From contig JAZUOZ010000016.1 of NCBI GenBank assembly GCA_045604925.1, positions 15,220-79,219 of the forward strand: 64,000 nucleotides of DNA, in the 5' to 3' direction. This stretch comes from Candidatus Nanosyncoccus sp. Lineage in GTDB: Bacteria; Patescibacteriota; Saccharimonadia; Saccharimonadales; Saccharimonadaceae. Of this stretch, positions 7,621 through 15,761 are shown one piece after another. A model generated the notes under the pieces. The model saw nothing but the letters and a program-made list of their open reading frames with translations, made no database searches and was not told where the DNA came from. Position numbers and translations under genes: made by a program. How positions within the stretch are numbered: the first letter of the stretch is position 1; each line of letters starts with the position of its first letter.

Positions 7621-8124
7621 GTCTATGTATTTTGATGCTGTTTTCGCGAGTTTGTCGAAGTCGTATCCTGAATCTGCTGGAGGTAGGTGGATAAATACCA
7701 TTTTTATATTTAGCGCATTGTCCTTTGCGTATTTTTGGCCAAAATAGTATATGTTGTTGCAGAGATAATTTCCGGCGTTTTCAGACACCGTGGACTTAAT
7801 GCCATTATCTCCCAAAAACTTGCGGAGTCTATTTATTTGGAAGGTGGTTTTTATCTGTTTCTCATCTTTGTGAGCCGTCGTCTCGATAGTAATTTGGGCA
7901 CTATTTGGCTTTTGTCCAAAAGCTAAAATATATCTGAACTCGCCTTTTTCGATTTTGTTTTCTAGTTCTTTTTCACTCGTAATGAAGCTATTTGTTAACT
8001 CTAGAAAATCTGTATTTTTCGCTCGTATTTTATGTAAAAGCAAGGAAGATGAATTCGTTTTACCTTTGAAGGCAGTCACTAAAACATTTGGGTAGCTAAC
8101 AGCGTGTTTAGTTATTTTTTCCAT
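7597..8124 (-). CDS. Compact pyroglutamyl-peptidase I (C15)-like protein
   Basis: NVLVTAFKG, QITIETTA (Glu), NAGNYLCNNIYY (Cys) and VFIHLPP (His) line up with the C15 Glu-Cys-His triad. The first ATG is at 8124, 9 nt after TGgTATAAT. Confidence 0.6.
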   Translation of the reverse strand: MEKITKHAVSYPNVLVTAFKGKTNSSSLLLHKIRAKNTDFLELTNSFITSEKELENKIEKGEFRYILAFGQKPNSAQITIETTAHKDEKQIKTTFQINRLRKFLGDNGIKSTVSENAGNYLCNNIYYFGQKYAKDNALNIKMVFIHLPPADSGYDFDKLAKTASKYIDFLAEVSG

Positions 8125-8237
8125 ATACAATAAATTATACCAAAATATATGGGGATATTGTGCATGGCTGTAGTGTTTTAGCTATAATGTGTAAATCTGG
8201 TATAATCGCGGCGTGGTATAATAGGGTAAAGGAATAC

Positions 8238-10766
8238 ATGATGAAAAAGTTCTTTTCAAAAAATCTGGTTTTCCTTCTAACATGTGTGTTTTTTGTCGGT
8301 GTCTTGCTCACTGGCGTTTTTTTGGCTAATACGGCTTTTGCTAACAACACTAAAAGCGACGATGAGATTAAGGTGCGTACCGAGGTTGATAATAGCAACA
8401 TCGCTGGCAGTAGCCATAGCTCTGATGATGCCGAATTTATCGATGGCGGGCTAATCGTGAAGGCCGAGAGCGAGGCCGAGGTAGAGCCCTATGGCGAGGT
8501 CACTAAGGTGGCGGAGCATTTTTATATCGTAGAAACAGATAATGCCGAGGCGGCGGAGGACGCGGCCGAGAATCTCGAAGAAAACCCAAAAGTCCAGATT
8601 GTGTTGCCGAACATCAAGCTAAAGACCCAATCTATCCGTGCGCCAATGTATTACTCCTGGGGTACTGCCGCTACGGGCGCCGATCATTACACCGACTGGC
8701 TGAACTATTTAAAAGATAAGGGACAGGACCCAAATAACATCGTGGTGGCTGTTTTGGATAGCGGAATTTGGAGAGATCACGAGGTTTTCTTTGATGATGA
8801 TGGCAACAGTCGCCTCTGTGAGGGTGATCTAGCAAATTATGCCAGATGGTATTCTTATCATAACGATACCTTGGCGGTCTATGATAATGTTGATGATGTT
8901 GATGGGCATGGCACTAACACCGCTGGGATCGTCGCGCAGGCTACCCCGAGCAATGTCTGTATCATCCCGGTAAAAGTCACGGAAAATGGCGAGGGCGATT
9001 TGGTCAGTCTGGTTCAGGCGCTGGCTGATGTCACCCCTGTGGCAGATGTGGTGAATATGAGCCTTGGTGCCTCAGATAGTGAGTTTGATGCCGAATATAA
9101 GGAGCTGTTTGACGATTTTTTGGCAGAACTGATCGGAGACCATCCGGTGACTCTGGTCGCTTCAGCTGGTAATGATAACGAGAGTGCCGTCTCCTTCCCT
9201 TCTTCGCTAGAGCACGTGATTAGTGTCTCTGCACTGAGAAAGAGCGGCAGTAGCTACGTTTTTGATAGCAGTTACTCTAACTATGGTGCTGGAGTCGCTT
9301 TCTCGATGCCTGGTACGAGTGTGTTGGTGCCGGCTTCGGAACTAGCCCCGGGCGGCTATTATTATGAAACTAGTAGCGGTACATCTTATTCTTCGCCGCA
9401 TTTGACTGCTACGGCGGCGCTGCTGCGGTCAGACTCAGAGTATACTTATACGAGTACGACTGATTTTGCGAGCCAAAGCGATGTCTTTGCTGGTCTGAAA
9501 AAATACGCGACTTATCTTGGCTCGAGTAGTTCAAAATGGGACAAATACTACGGCTATGGGATGGTCGATTTTGGCACAAATATGTTTTCTCCTGGCCGGA
9601 TAAACGCTACTGTTGCACTGGCCACTGATGGTAAATCTGCCACCATCTCTGGTTTTGCGATGGGTGCAGACCAGATTACAGCGTACGCTGTGACTGATAG
9701 CACCATCACTCCATCGAACTGGACTAGCGTGAGCAGCACTGCCTATGGCTCATCTTATGTTGCAGAGAATTTGAGTTCGACTGTTTTCGAAGATGGCACT
9801 TATTATCTCTGGCTAAAGGACAAAAATGGCAAGACAGGTTACGCCACGGTTGAGGTCAGTGGTGTGGAGTTCGAGCAGCTGATTGCTGATGGCATCTACA
9901 TTGTGCATTCGGCGTTGAATAATAGCAAAGTGCTTGATGTTGCTGGGGCTAGCGATGGCAACACAGCCAATATCCAGCTTTATGACAACAATGGCAGCGC
10001 CGCGCAGAAGTTTATCTTCCGCCATCTAGGCAATAATACTTACCAGATAGAAAACCTGAAATCTGGGAAGGGGATTGATGTGGCCGGAGGCAAGACTGGT
10101 AATAACGCGAACGTTCAGCAATATGCCGCCAACTCGACTTGTGCGCAAAAGTGGCATGCCAAGAAGACTATCGATGGCTATATCTCTTTTGTCTCGACGT
10201 GCGGCGGGCGGTATCTTGATATTGCTGGTGGCAGCACCAAAAACGGCGCCAATGTCCAAATCTATGGCAGCAACGGTTCTAAGGCGCAAAAATTTGCCGT
10301 AGAAGCCTTCCAGCGGGCCCCAGAAGGCCAGTTAGTCGCAAATGGCACATATAGGGTGGTTTCGGCATTGGCAGCGGATAAGGTGCTGGATATTAGCGCT
10401 GGTAGCCGTAATAATGGGGCGAATCTCCAGCTCTATAGCAGCAATAATTCTAATGCGCAAAAGTTTAATATCACCTATCTAAAAGACGGGTTTTATAAGA
10501 TCAGCAACGTTGGCTCGGGGAGGGTGGTTGATGTATCTGGGGCTGGGTTGAGAAATGGTACTAATGTCTGGCAGTATGCCTGGAATGGTTCTATTGCCCA
10601 ACAATGGATGATCGTGAAGACTGCGGATAATTATTACACCTTTGTTTCTAGGTGTAATGGCTTGAGTCTCGATATTGCTGGCGGTAGTACTAAAAATGGG
10701 GCTAATGCTCAGATATACGCTAGAAACGGCACCAAAGCGCAGAAGTTTGCGCTGGTGAGGGTTTGA
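8238..10766 (+). CDS. Secreted subtilisin-family (S8) peptidase with two C-terminal ricin-B lectin modules
   Basis: Catalytic Asp-His-Ser in VAVLDSGI, DGHGTNTAG and SGTSYSSPH. A signal peptide follows MMKKFF. The C-terminal half has repeated Q-x-W/F beta-trefoil motifs (AQKF, AQKW, AQQW). Confidence 0.85.
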   Translation: MMKKFFSKNLVFLLTCVFFVGVLLTGVFLANTAFANNTKSDDEIKVRTEVDNSNIAGSSHSSDDAEFIDGGLIVKAESEAEVEPYGEVTKVAEHFYIVETDNAEAAEDAAENLEENPKVQIVLPNIKLKTQSIRAPMYYSWGTAATGADHYTDWLNYLKDKGQDPNNIVVAVLDSGIWRDHEVFFDDDGNSRLCEGDLANYARWYSYHNDTLAVYDNVDDVDGHGTNTAGIVAQATPSNVCIIPVKVTENGEGDLVSLVQALADVTPVADVVNMSLGASDSEFDAEYKELFDDFLAELIGDHPVTLVASAGNDNESAVSFPSSLEHVISVSALRKSGSSYVFDSSYSNYGAGVAFSMPGTSVLVPASELAPGGYYYETSSGTSYSSPHLTATAALLRSDSEYTYTSTTDFASQSDVFAGLKKYATYLGSSSSKWDKYYGYGMVDFGTNMFSPGRINATVALATDGKSATISGFAMGADQITAYAVTDSTITPSNWTSVSSTAYGSSYVAENLSSTVFEDGTYYLWLKDKNGKTGYATVEVSGVEFEQLIADGIYIVHSALNNSKVLDVAGASDGNTANIQLYDNNGSAAQKFIFRHLGNNTYQIENLKSGKGIDVAGGKTGNNANVQQYAANSTCAQKWHAKKTIDGYISFVSTCGGRYLDIAGGSTKNGANVQIYGSNGSKAQKFAVEAFQRAPEGQLVANGTYRVVSALAADKVLDISAGSRNNGANLQLYSSNNSNAQKFNITYLKDGFYKISNVGSGRVVDVSGAGLRNGTNVWQYAWNGSIAQQWMIVKTADNYYTFVSRCNGLSLDIAGGSTKNGANAQIYARNGTKAQKFALVRV

Positions 10767-10783
10767 TAGGCTATAATAAGGTT

Positions 10784-11161
10784 ATGGAAGAAAGTATTTT
10801 TACGAAAATTATCAAAGGGGAGATTCCTTGTTACAAAATCTACGAGGATGATAAGACTTTAGCGTTTTTGGACATTGCGCCAGAGGTGATGGGGCATACG
10901 CTAGTGGTGCCCAAAATCCAAGTAGACAAGATTTATGAGTTGCCGGATGATGACTATCAGGCTCTAATGGCGACCGTGAAAAAAGTTGCAATTAGAATGG
11001 AAAAAGTGTTAGGCAAACGGCCGATTATGAAAGTGATAGGAGTAGATGTTCCGCACGCACATGTCCATGTGATGCCTTATAGCGCTGAGTGGAAAGATGA
11101 GGTTGTTTTAAAGCCGACAGAGGCGGAGATGCAAGAAATTTGCGATAAGCTGGCATTTTAG
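10784..11161 (+). CDS. HIT family (histidine triad) hydrolase
   Basis: HAHVHVMP histidine triad and FTKIIKGEIP N-terminus. The ATG lies 6 nt after TATAAT. Confidence 0.85.
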   Translation: MEESIFTKIIKGEIPCYKIYEDDKTLAFLDIAPEVMGHTLVVPKIQVDKIYELPDDDYQALMATVKKVAIRMEKVLGKRPIMKVIGVDVPHAHVHVMPYSAEWKDEVVLKPTEAEMQEICDKLAF

Positions 11162-12421
11162 CTATTTGTTGAGGGGGTTTTGACCGATAGCGTAGAGGAA
11201 TCTTTGCCAGAGCGAAGGCTGAGGCGAGATTGGCGCGGACTCAACTGGGTATTCTGATGACGCACTACCGATGGTGATTTTGAGCGTGCCCTGGATATTA
11301 ACAGGGTCAACAGAATTGATGGATTTTGCTAAATCAGATGGGTTAGGTGAGGCAGAGGTGTCGGAGGAGCCAGAACCATCATTCATCACGACCTCGGCAG
11401 TTTTCTCCGCAGAACTCCAGCCAAGGACTGAGGCGTCTTCAGTAGCGGCAACTTCTACTTTGCCCGTCCACCAGCTATCGTAATAACCGACCTCTTGGCC
11501 TTTAGCTAAAACAGCGGTTGGAGTGAGGTTCTGCTGGAGTTTTTCGACGAGGTCTTGGCTAATGACAAAAGATTCGGCACGAGTGTCGGCATTGAGAGCA
11601 GCGATAGTGATGATATGGCCATCTTGGAGATAGGCAACAACCAAACAATAGCCGGACTCGTCGCCGATATAGCCGGTTTTAACACCGATAATGTTATCTG
11701 TGCCGAGTAGTTTATTAGTGTTCTCGATTGTGCCAGCCAGAGGTGCATTATAAGATGATAAACCCACAATCTTGGCAAGAGTCGGATTTTCCATCAGCTT
11801 ATGGCCAATTTTGGCTAGGTCCGAGGCGGTACTAGTGGTGCTATCGGAGAAACCACTGGCATCGCTGCCGATAATCGTGTCGTTAATTCCCCACTCCTTT
11901 AGCTTATCTGTAGCGTAGGTGCGATAGTTGTCAAGATCGCCAAAAGCCCAGATCGCCAGGCTGTCGGCCATGTTGTTGCTAGATGGGAGCATAGTGGTGG
12001 CTAAAGCGTCGTATTCGGAGAGGGTGCTGCCTTCGGTCATTGGTGTGGTTGAGCCATCAATAGAGGTATAGTAGGTATAGCGACTGTACATTTCTGGGGT
12101 GATAGTGATGGTTCCACCCTCGGTACCGAGTTCAAAAGGCTTTTTATCTATCACCATAAGAGCGAGGATCATCTTGGCGGTGCTGGCAGCGGGCTGAGTA
12201 GTTTGGCTGTTGGCATAAACAGGGGTGCCATCAATGGCAATGGCATATTTTATATTGGCATAAGTCTGACTACTAAAGATATCTTCTAGGTTAACAAAAT
12301 CGGGTAAAGAATAAGTGGGGCTAAAAGATAGATTAGAGGGCGCAGTGGCCATTCTAAAGCCGATGAATCCCCCAGCGATAATTAGGGTAATAAAGATAAG
12401 TGTGAGGAGTCTTTTAAGCAT
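11162..12421 (-). CDS. D-alanyl-D-alanine carboxypeptidase (S11, PBP5-like)
   Basis: SxxK (STAK), SxN (SSNN) and KTG (KTGY) motifs in the expected order, with an N-terminal TM anchor. Confidence 0.8.
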   Translation of the reverse strand: MLKRLLTLIFITLIIAGGFIGFRMATAPSNLSFSPTYSLPDFVNLEDIFSSQTYANIKYAIAIDGTPVYANSQTTQPAASTAKMILALMVIDKKPFELGTEGGTITITPEMYSRYTYYTSIDGSTTPMTEGSTLSEYDALATTMLPSSNNMADSLAIWAFGDLDNYRTYATDKLKEWGINDTIIGSDASGFSDSTTSTASDLAKIGHKLMENPTLAKIVGLSSYNAPLAGTIENTNKLLGTDNIIGVKTGYIGDESGYCLVVAYLQDGHIITIAALNADTRAESFVISQDLVEKLQQNLTPTAVLAKGQEVGYYDSWWTGKVEVAATEDASVLGWSSAEKTAEVVMNDGSGSSDTSASPNPSDLAKSINSVDPVNIQGTLKITIGSASSEYPVESAPISPQPSLWQRFLYAIGQNPLNK

Positions 12422-12572
12422 TAGTTAAATCCATATTAAAATTGGCTATCCTTATTATAGCAAATTTTGATAGTTGTTTTTGAGTAGTTTTATCGGCAAA
12501 AAAGTTTGGAGAAAAGGTTTTCTGATAGATTTTTTGCCGTAAATATGATATAATAGGGGTAGGAATATTTTT

Positions 12573-13532
12573 ATGAGCAAAATATCAACAAAAAAGGGCG
12601 ATTTTGCCAAAACGGTAGAGAATCCAGCGGGCGATATTTCGGATGATTTTGTCACGGTCGCTGAGGCTGCAAAAAAGTGGCAAATTTCTGAGCGGAGTGT
12701 AAGGAATTATTGTGAAGAAGGCCGGATTCCCGGTGCTAAAAGAGAAGGCGCAAAATGGTTAGTTCCCTCTGATGTAAAAAAACCAGAGCGTCTGAACAAA
12801 ATCGACCCGCCATCTTTACTTGAGATTTTGCGCCGCGAAGAAGACCGACGGATGAAGGGCGGGATTTACCACAAAGTCCAGATAGATTTAACATATAATT
12901 CCAATCATATTGAGGGTAGCACTCTGACGCACGAGCAAACGAGGTTTATTTTCGAGACTAACACGATTTTCCCGGGTGGCGAGTTTGAGGGGATCAAAGT
13001 GGATGATATTATGGAGACGGTCAATCATTTCCGGTGCGTGGATCATATGATTGAAAATGCTAGAAGAGCTCTTTCGGAGAATATGATTAAAAGCCTGCAT
13101 TATATCTTGAAAAACGGGACTTCGGACGAGCTTCATGATTGGTTTAATGTAGGAGATTACAAGAAGCTAGCAAATGAGGTGGGGGGTTTACCAACGGCAA
13201 AACCTGAGGATGTTGCTGAGGAGATGGGCAAGTTGATTGACTGGTATGAGGGGCTAGAAACACATGATTTTGATGATATTTTGGAGTTCCACCATCGGTT
13301 TGAGAAAATCCATCCGTTTCAGGATGGGAATGGGCGAGTGGGGCGGCTGATTATGTTTAAGGAGTGCCTGAGGTTTGGAATTGTGCCGTTTATCATTACG
13401 GAGAAATTAAAAATGTTCTATTATCGGGGCCTGAAAAACTGGCCAAAGGAACGGGGTTATTTGCGTGATACCTGTCTCTCGGCGCAAGACGAGTTTAAGA
13501 AAATGCTGGATTATTTTGAGATTGAGTATTAG
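12573..13532 (+). CDS. Fic family protein with an N-terminal HTH
   Basis: Fic motif HPFQDGNGRVGRL, an upstream SNHIEG that fits the inhibitory [ST]xxxE[GN] motif, and an excisionase/MerR-like HTH near the N-terminus. Confidence 0.85.
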   Translation: MSKISTKKGDFAKTVENPAGDISDDFVTVAEAAKKWQISERSVRNYCEEGRIPGAKREGAKWLVPSDVKKPERLNKIDPPSLLEILRREEDRRMKGGIYHKVQIDLTYNSNHIEGSTLTHEQTRFIFETNTIFPGGEFEGIKVDDIMETVNHFRCVDHMIENARRALSENMIKSLHYILKNGTSDELHDWFNVGDYKKLANEVGGLPTAKPEDVAEEMGKLIDWYEGLETHDFDDILEFHHRFEKIHPFQDGNGRVGRLIMFKECLRFGIVPFIITEKLKMFYYRGLKNWPKERGYLRDTCLSAQDEFKKMLDYFEIEY

Positions 13533-13614
13533 GAGGCTTTTTTAGGGCTGGGGGGGGGTTGTTTTTTGATATTGAGTATGATATTATATAATCAGAAAGT
13601 AGGAAAGTAAGAAA

Positions 13615-13878
13615 ATGGTAGTAACAATACGAACAAAATCACAATTAACCCTTCCAAACAAAATTGTCAAAAACCTTGGTATATCTGAGGGTGATGAATA
13701 CGAAGTTGTTGAGCGAAATGACGGAAGTATTTTGCTAATACCGGTCGTTACTTATCCAAAGGCATATGTTGATAGCTTAAAAGCAGAGGTTGAGAAAGTA
13801 AAAGTTGAGGTGAAGAAGGGCAAAAAGCCGGTTTTTGCCTCTGTTGATGAAATGCTAAAATATATGGAGAATAACTAG
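13615..13878 (+). CDS. AbrB/SpoVT-type antitoxin
   Basis: N-terminal swapped-hairpin-like sequence QLTLPNKIVKNLGISEGDEYEV. Its stop overlaps the toxin start by 1 nt. Confidence 0.65.
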   Translation: MVVTIRTKSQLTLPNKIVKNLGISEGDEYEVVERNDGSILLIPVVTYPKAYVDSLKAEVEKVKVEVKKGKKPVFASVDEMLKYMENN

Positions 13879-14144
13879 TGAGTTATTCCCTGACCTTTTC
13901 TGACAAATTTCAGAAACATTTTTGTGGGTTTCAGGAAAAACAGAAAAAGCAGATCCAAAATAAACTAAAAATTCTATCCGAGAATCCAGCTCATCCTTCC
14001 CTTCGAACAAAGAAAATTAAGGGTACCGACTCTATCTGGGAGATGAGTGTTAATATGGACATCAGGATTATTTTTCAATTTGATGGAGATACGATTATTA
14101 TTCTGATTGATATTGGGCATCACGATATTTTGAGAAAATTTTAG
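13878..14144 (+). CDS. RelE/ParE-superfamily toxin
   Basis: 88 aa with FxKxFxK...LxxNPxHPSLxxKKIKG...WExxVNxDxRIIF, as in RelE/YafQ-like toxins. It is coupled to the upstream antitoxin. Confidence 0.65.
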   Translation: MSYSLTFSDKFQKHFCGFQEKQKKQIQNKLKILSENPAHPSLRTKKIKGTDSIWEMSVNMDIRIIFQFDGDTIIILIDIGHHDILRKF

Positions 14145-14181
14145 TTGACGTTGTTTTTGGATATTTTACCAATATAGGCGT

Positions 14182-14487
14182 TTATTCTTTCGAGAAAAAT
14201 TCAGAAATCGGCACATCCAGAGCGGTAGCAATTCTGCCAAGCACGCCGATTGAAACATGTTTTTTGCGACTATCGTTCTCTATATCACAGATGTATTCGC
14301 GAGAGATGTCGGTTAAATCAGCTAATTGTTGCTGGGTTAGACCTTTAGATTTTCTAATTTTCTTTATGTTTTTTCGCACCAAAATGTAATACTTTTCATC
14401 ATCAAAGAAGATAGTTTTTTGATAGTATTTTCTCCTGGTTTCTTTCATTTGGGATAACTCTAAGTACTTACTTCTATTTTGGAACAA
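14182..14487 (-). CDS. XRE-family HTH transcriptional regulator
   Basis: KGLTQQQLADLTDISREYICDIENDSRK helix-turn-helix. The start codon is uncertain. Confidence 0.7.
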   Translation of the reverse strand: MFQNRSKYLELSQMKETRRKYYQKTIFFDDEKYYILVRKNIKKIRKSKGLTQQQLADLTDISREYICDIENDSRKKHVSIGVLGRIATALDVPISEFFSKE

Positions 14488-14512
14488 AAAACCGTTTTTA
14501 TATATAGGCTGA

Positions 14513-14567
14513 TAGCCACATTTATGATAGAATATGTGTTATAAATATGTGCTAGTAGCCACATTTA
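14513..14567. promoter_or_regulatory. Putative operator repeats in the XRE / FemAB divergent region
   Basis: The 12-mer tagccacattta occurs at 14513..14524 and 14556..14567. An imperfect inverted repeat cacatttat / ataaatatgtg lies between them. Confidence 0.4.
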
Positions 14568-14579
14568 ATTGGAGGTAGT

Positions 14580-15656
14580 ATGGAGCTAAAAGAGATTTCT
14601 GAAAGTGATTTTTCCAGTTTTATTAGAGGAAAAACATCTAATAATTTTTTACAGAGCGTGGAAATGTTCAGGCGGTATAAGGATATAGGTAGAGAGGCCT
14701 ACTTGCTCGGCGGGTTTTCGAGGAACGAACTCAAGATTGCTGCCCTGGTTTATTGCATGCGCGATATTATGGGTTGGAAAATATTCAATATGGCAAGGGG
14801 TCCGATTGTTGATTTTGAGAAGAAGGCAAGTTTCAGATATCAGAAGGATTTTTTGGAAAAGTGTGCGGAGTTACTAAGGCAAAGAGGTGGCGCCGTTTTG
14901 CAAATTAGCCCGAATTATTATCGTGAACTTGCGGATGATATGTTTAATGATGATGAAATCCCCTCTTGGGCTGAAAAGCAAAAGTTTGATGATCTTTATG
15001 GCAAAATAGGGTTTGAATATCTTGGGGAGTATGGGCAAATTAAATGGGCATATTTTAAAAGACTGGATGCTAAAAATGATAAGATGAAACAATCGTTTAG
15101 GGAGGGCCATAGAAGATCTATCAGGTATGCCACTAAGCGTTACGGTATGAAGGTGCGAGATCTTGGTTTGGACGAGCTGGAGGTTTTGACGAAACTTGTT
15201 AATGAGGCGGGGAAAAGACACGGGTTTATCGGTCCAGACATGGCATACTATAAATCTATGAAGAAATATTTTTCTGACGCTGTTACTTTTGCTGTAGCAG
15301 AAGTAAGCAGCGGTGATAAGAAAACGTCGGCCGCAGCTGGTATGTTTATAGAGTATGGCAACGAGATGATTTATTTATTTGGCGGATCGCATGTTGGCGG
15401 AAAAGAAGTAGCTTGTGGTCCTGCCCTTTTGCAGTGGAGTATGATGCAAAAAGCCGCGGACGATGGTATTTTGAACTATAATTTTTATGGCACGCACCCA
15501 TTTAGAGATGCTGCTGATTTTAGCGTCTATAATTTTAAAAGAGGTTTTAGGGGTGTGATGGTGGAGTATATCGGAACTTACGCTAAACCGTTGAACCTTG
15601 TGGGAAGATTTTTGGTAAAGAAAATAGGTAAGGCAGAGTATAGGGGTGTTGGTTAG
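14580..15656 (+). CDS. FemAB-family peptidoglycan interpeptide-bridge aminoacyltransferase
   Basis: About 350 aa with the NFLQS motif near the N-terminus and a later YLFGGS-type motif, typical of FemX-like enzymes. Confidence 0.7.
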   Translation: MELKEISESDFSSFIRGKTSNNFLQSVEMFRRYKDIGREAYLLGGFSRNELKIAALVYCMRDIMGWKIFNMARGPIVDFEKKASFRYQKDFLEKCAELLRQRGGAVLQISPNYYRELADDMFNDDEIPSWAEKQKFDDLYGKIGFEYLGEYGQIKWAYFKRLDAKNDKMKQSFREGHRRSIRYATKRYGMKVRDLGLDELEVLTKLVNEAGKRHGFIGPDMAYYKSMKKYFSDAVTFAVAEVSSGDKKTSAAAGMFIEYGNEMIYLFGGSHVGGKEVACGPALLQWSMMQKAADDGILNYNFYGTHPFRDAADFSVYNFKRGFRGVMVEYIGTYAKPLNLVGRFLVKKIGKAEYRGVG

Positions 15657-15761
15657 GACGACTAGTGGCTATTCCCTATTTCCTGGTGATTTTTCAACAA
15701 TCGAGCGGTGATGCATCAAACTGTAGCTCTTGTGGTATAATAAAAAGATAATCGGAGATTT

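Noticed and set aside
8135-8401. 88-aa minus-strand ORF upstream of the protease gene
   Set aside because: It overlaps the protease promoter and signal-peptide region in antisense and has no start context.
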